Assembly (NCBI GenBank): GCA_029259185.1
Contig: JAPDJF010000044.1
Span: 1-27,024 of the forward strand
Length of the DNA stretch: 27,024 nucleotides
Direction of reading: 5' to 3'
Source of the DNA: Hadesarchaea archaeon
GTDB lineage: Archaea; Hadarchaeota; Hadarchaeia; Hadarchaeales; WYZ-LMO6
Every line of letters begins with the position of its first letter. Within the stretch, counting starts at the first letter, position 1. This document shows positions 22,870-27,024 of this stretch, one piece after another. The translations under genes and the position numbers were made by a program. The notes beneath the pieces were generated by a model. The model had not been told where the DNA came from. It made no database searches and saw nothing but the letters and a program-made list of their open reading frames with translations.

Positions 22870-24414
22870 TCAAAAAATCTCTTCCTCTTGTATGTACCCT
22901 CTCCCCGTTTTCAGAGCTATTTCAGCTTTCTGTAGTTCCCTCCCAAGATACGCGGCGTGGACGGGATCTTTCACGAGTCCTCTTCCCAATATCTCATGAC
23001 ACAGGGTTTCGGATTTCTCTCCTTTAAATACAATCTCGGGTTTCCTCCCTTCGTACAAAATAACCACTATTTCCCCCTCGGAAACGTATATTCTAAAAAA
23101 TCGACCACTCTCCATTTTGAATCTTTTTCTTTCCGGTGGTGGTCGGGCTCGAACGACCTTAGTAGATCCCTCGATTTTCTTGTCGTATCTCTCGAATATC
23201 CTTCTTTTTTCCTTGAGGATTAGCATGTCTATCCCCAAGTCTTTGGGAACGGATTTTCGCCACTTGGCTAACGTGATGATGTCTCTCGCCCTCCTGAGTT
23301 CAAAGACGTTTCCCCTCGTTTTGTCGCTGGCTTCGACCGTGAGGAGAATACTTACCTTAAGTTCACAGGCAGCACCGGCTAGGAGGGCCGTCATGCCGAT
23401 CGAGTCCGCGTCGCACAGCTCCACAACGTTTCCTACTCCCATGAGCAGAGGAAGATCTGGCTCTCGCTCCCTGACCGCTGAGAAAGTGGTGAGTGAGGCC
23501 ACGAAACCCATGTTTAGGGGCTCGATGATCGGATCCGCTATAACTCTCTTAAATCCAAGTTTTCTGGCTTTTTTGACCAGTTCCAAGAGGTCCTTACACC
23601 TTTCCCTCGGGGATCTCTTCCTCCTCGGGACGAGGACGACGGGCACATCGAGGCCCTCGAACTTCTCCACGCCTTCCCAGCTTAAACTGAGGATGAGATC
23701 GGCCCCGCTATCGACGGCACTCTTGATCTCTTTGAGGTTCATCGTGTCTATACTCACTGGTACCCCGAATTTTTCTTTCAGGAGGGAAACGAGCCTCCCA
23801 GCCTTTTCAGGTTCTTCCCTCCCCCCCACCATCCCAACATCCAATATCTCAGCACCTTCCTTCAAGTATCGCCTAGCCATCTTTATCACTTCCTCTTCTG
23901 GAAGGGATGGGGCATCAGGGATTTCAGCCATCACGCGCGGAGGGAATTTTCCCCCAATCCCTATCGCTGATTTTCCTTCACCGATGAGGAAGCTTGATGG
24001 CTCCCGCATGTCCCGCAACGCCTCTCTTTCGATCTCCTGGAGAATTTTGGAGGTAGCCTTTTCTATCTCGGACTTGAGGAGTTTGCATGCGGGAACTTTT
24101 TTAGAGAGCTCGATTCTCTCTAAATTATCCAGAACGACTGGCAGATCGGCCGCATGTTTCGGTCCTCGGTAGACTGGAACCCCAGTTTCTCTTTCAATTT
24201 CAGACGGGTCAAAGAGAACTAGGCCAGGGACGAGAATCATCCGGTACTCGTTCAAATCGAGTTTTCTAATTTCCTTGATTGCAGTTTTTGGATCGATGAA
24301 GGTGGCGACCGGGGTCGGTATTACCAGAGTTTCCGTTTCTACCCGGCTTTTGTCAGAGTATTCTTTCACCAGTGGAGCGGCGAGCTTCCCTGTAATCAAG
24401 AGGATTTTTTTCAT
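22870..24414 (-). CDS. Dihydropteroate-synthase-like protein (MJ0107/Orf20-like) with C-terminal DUF4346-like domain
   Basis: ILLITGKLA, GPKHAADLP, AEI.DAP, ILDVG, PVSIDT, IADPI.EP, GVGNV.EL.DADS.G, C-terminal HAAYLGREL.KAE.AL..G..Y.QE. Confidence 0.9.
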   Translation of the reverse strand: MKKILLITGKLAAPLVKEYSDKSRVETETLVIPTPVATFIDPKTAIKEIRKLDLNEYRMILVPGLVLFDPSEIERETGVPVYRGPKHAADLPVVLDNLERIELSKKVPACKLLKSEIEKATSKILQEIEREALRDMREPSSFLIGEGKSAIGIGGKFPPRVMAEIPDAPSLPEEEVIKMARRYLKEGAEILDVGMVGGREEPEKAGRLVSLLKEKFGVPVSIDTMNLKEIKSAVDSGADLILSLSWEGVEKFEGLDVPVVLVPRRKRSPRERCKDLLELVKKARKLGFKRVIADPIIEPLNMGFVASLTTFSAVREREPDLPLLMGVGNVVELCDADSIGMTALLAGAACELKVSILLTVEASDKTRGNVFELRRARDIITLAKWRKSVPKDLGIDMLILKEKRRIFERYDKKIEGSTKVVRARPPPERKRFKMESGRFFRIYVSEGEIVVILYEGRKPEIVFKGEKSETLCHEILGRGLVKDPVHAAYLGRELQKAEIALKTGRGYIQEEEIF

Positions 24415-25079
24415 CAGGTCACCTGGTTCATCATGGCTTTCAGGGATTCGGCGATTTCTGCGATGATAGCGGACTCTTCAGAACTCGGGGCTATATGGTC
24501 GCACAACCTTTTATACTCCTCAATCTTTCCGAGTCTTCGTTTGGCCTCTTCCGTCTTTCCTCCCTCGATAGCCTTCATCACTTTGGTCGCGAGCACAGCG
24601 GATTCGATCAAGAAGAAATCCGATCTCTTGAACGGTCGAACGAATGGCTTAGCCACTTCTATTTTTTTTACGGTTAACGTTATGTAAGCTATCTCAGATT
24701 CACCCAACTCATCCGAAAGCTTTTCTTTTGTGATCTCTTTCACCTCCAGGTCTGCGTACGCTGGGAGACCAATCACCCGGGGAGCGTTCACCATTTTTGA
24801 TCGTGCGAATTTGAGTTGGTTTTCGCTAAATCCCAACAGTTTTTTGAGGGCGATCCTCACGAGAAGTTTTGCGTCCTCCGTGAGGTTAATGGTAGCCCCC
24901 TTCCACTTCTCAAGATTTCGAAAGGTGTGTGTATCGGTGAAAACCTTCACCCCCACCTCAAGCTCTCCCACTTTCCTAACACCAACTACTGCTGCGTGGG
25001 GTAACCCATCCGGGTTAAATGTTGATATTATCACTTCGGCCGGATGCCAAGTTAATCCGATCTCATCAAGAGAGCTCAT
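24414..25079 (-). CDS. DUF447-family protein
   Basis: EVIIST.N.DG.PHAA..GV, F..THT..NL, IN.T.D, R....LIE..V.AT; adjacent to the DHPS-like gene with a 1-nt overlap. Confidence 0.85.
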   Translation of the reverse strand: MSSLDEIGLTWHPAEVIISTFNPDGLPHAAVVGVRKVGELEVGVKVFTDTHTFRNLEKWKGATINLTEDAKLLVRIALKKLLGFSENQLKFARSKMVNAPRVIGLPAYADLEVKEITKEKLSDELGESEIAYITLTVKKIEVAKPFVRPFKRSDFFLIESAVLATKVMKAIEGGKTEEAKRRLGKIEEYKRLCDHIAPSSEESAIIAEIAESLKAMMNQVT

Positions 25080-25160
25080 GTTCGATTAGTTTAAGGTACG
25101 TTAATATTTAGAATTTTGATCCTTTGCGAGTCTCAAAGTTTTTCCGTGATATTCTTGGTC

Positions 25161-26126
25161 TTATGGTCGCACACCCTCCAGTAGGGTGAGCATCCAAGCG
25201 GAGGCGGTTAGGTCGGCAGTGGTTCCTGGGTTTATATCCCTTCTTTTAAACTCCGAGTCAAGTTTTGCGATAAGTTCTCTTCCCCTTTTCGTGAGCATCC
25301 CTCCTTCCTTCAGCACGATTCTAGCTTTCTCGCTGGTCTCTTCAGCTATTTTCCTCCCCTTGATTCGAGAGACGAAAGTATCTGGACGATGTGCTAGGAG
25401 TTCTAGGAAGATTTGAACCGTCGTAGTATTTATACAGCGAGTTCGTCGGTAAATCTCTTTGAGACGCGGGTGCCCGAAACCAAAAGTTATGGAATAATCG
25501 GTGACCCATTCTCTCGCCACATCGTCCCACTCAGAACAGATTTTCATCACCTCGTACGCAGATATTCTCCTCTTTATCAATTCTCTTCTGGATTTGGGAT
25601 CATTCACATCGAGTTTTTCCAGCTTTCCCAGACCTGCAGGTTTGGCCGCGAGCACCGCTTCATACAAGCCCACCGCATCCGCAGGGGTAGTGGACCTGAG
25701 TACTCGGGAGATGTTGTGGCGGAGCGCCCTCATCGTCAGTTTCCCCCTCTCCCCAATGGCCATTCCGGCGGAGGCGGCTAATGGAACCAAGAGCATCACG
25801 CTTCCGAGATTTGTGTTACCATTTCTCTGCCATCTCATCGTCTCCGAGACAGCTTCACTGATGTATTTTCCTATGCCTATTTTCGAAAGTTCGAGTTTTC
25901 CTCTCCCGGCTAGGAAACCATTTCGGGTGACTGAAAGGAGGGAAGGGCCTATCGCTATGGCACTAGCGATGAACTGTTCGAACGTCGATTCAGGGATATC
26001 GGATGTTCGATGCACGTTTCCAGGTTTCGGATAGCCGCTGACTTCGAGGGCAGAGGCGAGTTGAGCCGCTCGCGCGATATCTTTCAACACTCTCGTGTGG
26101 GGTTTCATCCAACATTTTGAGTTCAT
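25161..26126 (-). CDS. citG: Triphosphoribosyl-dephospho-CoA synthase-like protein (archaeal CitG/Orf7-like)
   Basis: LEVSGYPKPGNVHR, NTNLG..MLL.PL, FL.LLA..PDT...R, INPGTTADLTA. ATG 26126 follows GGAGG. Confidence 0.9.
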   Translation of the reverse strand: MNSKCWMKPHTRVLKDIARAAQLASALEVSGYPKPGNVHRTSDIPESTFEQFIASAIAIGPSLLSVTRNGFLAGRGKLELSKIGIGKYISEAVSETMRWQRNGNTNLGSVMLLVPLAASAGMAIGERGKLTMRALRHNISRVLRSTTPADAVGLYEAVLAAKPAGLGKLEKLDVNDPKSRRELIKRRISAYEVMKICSEWDDVAREWVTDYSITFGFGHPRLKEIYRRTRCINTTTVQIFLELLAHRPDTFVSRIKGRKIAEETSEKARIVLKEGGMLTKRGRELIAKLDSEFKRRDINPGTTADLTASAWMLTLLEGVRP

Positions 26127-26228
26127 GTGGCCCCCTCCCAAAAACCTTCCTTTCTTAGTCGAGGGCTGATAAAACCATTCTGGAGCGCTGGAATGCATTT
26201 CTAGAATGTAATCGATTCCGTATTTTAG

Positions 26229-26415
26229 AACGGAATCGAGCGAGAAACCCCGAGTGCTTTAGCCGTGGGGTGAATGCGTGCCGAGGGCCGATTCTGCAAT
26301 AGCTAACGGCCCGAGCGAACGCCTGGAGACCAAGACCCCCGTAACCCCCCTTCCAAGGGGGATCGAGCCTGGTCGTCGAAGAGGAAGCCCACCGCTTTAG
26401 CGGTGTGAAATTCAC
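26229..26415 (+). mobile_element. 187-bp IS200/IS605-derived miniature element (PATE/MITE-like), no ORF
   Basis: Left-end hairpin ACCCC..GCTTTAGC..GGGGT (26247-26271) downstream of TTAG; right end GAAG-CCCACCGC-TTTA-GCGGTG-TGAAATTCAC. Confidence 0.78.
26306..26415 (+). ncRNA. Putative orphan TnpB omegaRNA scaffold
   Basis: 26306-26325 is identical to 6141-6160. It has a GACCA/TGGTC stem, a CCCCCTT/AAGGGGG hairpin, a terminal hairpin and a TTCAC end. Confidence 0.55.
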
Positions 26416-26476
26416 GTCAACCATAGAAACACCGTGGAGGGGTAGGGTGATGAACGCTCAGGTCACGGTTTTCAGT

Positions 26477-27024
26477 TTATCTCCCTTCCTTTTTTTCTTC
26501 AGATTTTTGGATTTCTTTTCCCAGTAAGAGCTCCAACAGGGTTCGCTGGTTTACTTCTGCTCTAGCACGCCAACCCAAGTACAACAATCCTTCGTCATCC
26601 TCCGAGAGATAACCGATTTTTATGAATCGGTCTATGGTGGACTCTACTCTCCAGCGTGGAAACTTCTCTTCCAAGATGCTCTCTATCTCCTTTAGGGGGG
26701 CCTTGCCACCTTTAGACAGGATGTGGGCCAATGCTATCGTGAGCATCGCCATGTCATCTATCCTCCACCCGAAGGTTCTAGCTTCCGTAAGCGTGGGATG
26801 ACCTTTCAGCGTGACGTAGTATCTATCAGCCTCCGGATCCCCACCCTCCACGCGCTTGATCGTTAACCCGAGCTTTTGCAGTTCTTCGTCGAGGATTTCG
26901 ATGATCCGCTCGTGATCCCTTCCCAAAGCTCTCTTCAGTTCCCAGCCCTTGGCCCCGGGTTGTACGTGGTGTTTGAAAAGGAGGAGCTGGGCGGCCCTAG
27001 CTAACTTCTCCTTCAGATCCGCGA
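26477..27024 (-). CDS. 5'-truncated conserved archaeal protein, probable tandem winged-helix (Nse1/Nse3 kite-like)
   Basis: The frame is open to the window edge (..KLARAAQLLLFKHHVQPGAKGWELKRALGRDH..). The C-terminal IDRFIKIGYL...EGLLYLGWRARAEV resembles kite WH-B endings. Confidence 0.6.
   Translation of the reverse strand, partial: ADLKEKLARAAQLLLFKHHVQPGAKGWELKRALGRDHERIIEILDEELQKLGLTIKRVEGGDPEADRYYVTLKGHPTLTEARTFGWRIDDMAMLTIALAHILSKGGKAPLKEIESILEEKFPRWRVESTIDRFIKIGYLSEDDEGLLYLGWRARAEVNQRTLLELLLGKEIQKSEEKKEGR

Noticed and set aside
23117-24172. 351-aa plus-strand ORF, and many shorter antisense ORFs such as 327-881, 11400-12023, 12858-13544 and 25501-26034
   Set aside because: They lie opposite well-supported genes, are Ser/Phe/Leu-rich shadows of the coding strand, and show no recognisable motifs.
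11182-26126. Concluding that the organism is a methanogen or alkane oxidiser, or naming its taxon
   Set aside because: No mcr/acr, mtr or marker genes are in the window. Cofactor genes are only suggestive.
1-27024. CRISPR array, tRNA or rRNA genes
   Set aside because: No regularly spaced direct repeats or cloverleaf/rRNA signatures were seen by eye. The only long exact repeat noticed is the 20-mer shared by the two mini-elements.

Overview
Archaeal chromosomal window: archaeal-type MinD, Lhr and C1-cofactor genes, GGAGG/GGTGA ribosome-binding sites, TATA-like boxes about 25 nt before several starts, and K/E/R-rich proteins suggesting a thermophile. The lineage cannot be fixed from sequence alone. 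The left part (1-11 kb) holds a PGF-pre-PGF surface protein with a Pro-rich repeat tail, MinD, a 7TM-DUF835 protein, a HAD hydrolase, acylphosphatase, an Lhr helicase and a thiolase, interrupted by three internally deleted TnpB-family elements. The right part (11-26 kb) is a C1-cofactor supercluster: methanofuran genes (mfnB-mfnD-mfnF-mfnE, a HisA/F-like gene and a second ATP-grasp), pterin-linked genes (citG-like, DUF447, DHPS-like) and, between them, an F420-type LLM oxidoreductase and a tightly coupled operon. That operon reads APS reductase - DUF2061 - methanogenesis marker 16 (ComF candidate) - cysteate synthase - fused ComDE - EctA-like GNAT. The strongest leads are (1) a coenzyme M biosynthesis operon carrying its own sulfite-generating enzyme and an unexplained acetyltransferase, and (2) two miniature IS200/IS605 elements that lost TnpB but kept an omegaRNA-like scaffold, one of them inserted between the RBS and start codon of lhr. 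All family calls come from motif recognition by eye, not from database searches.
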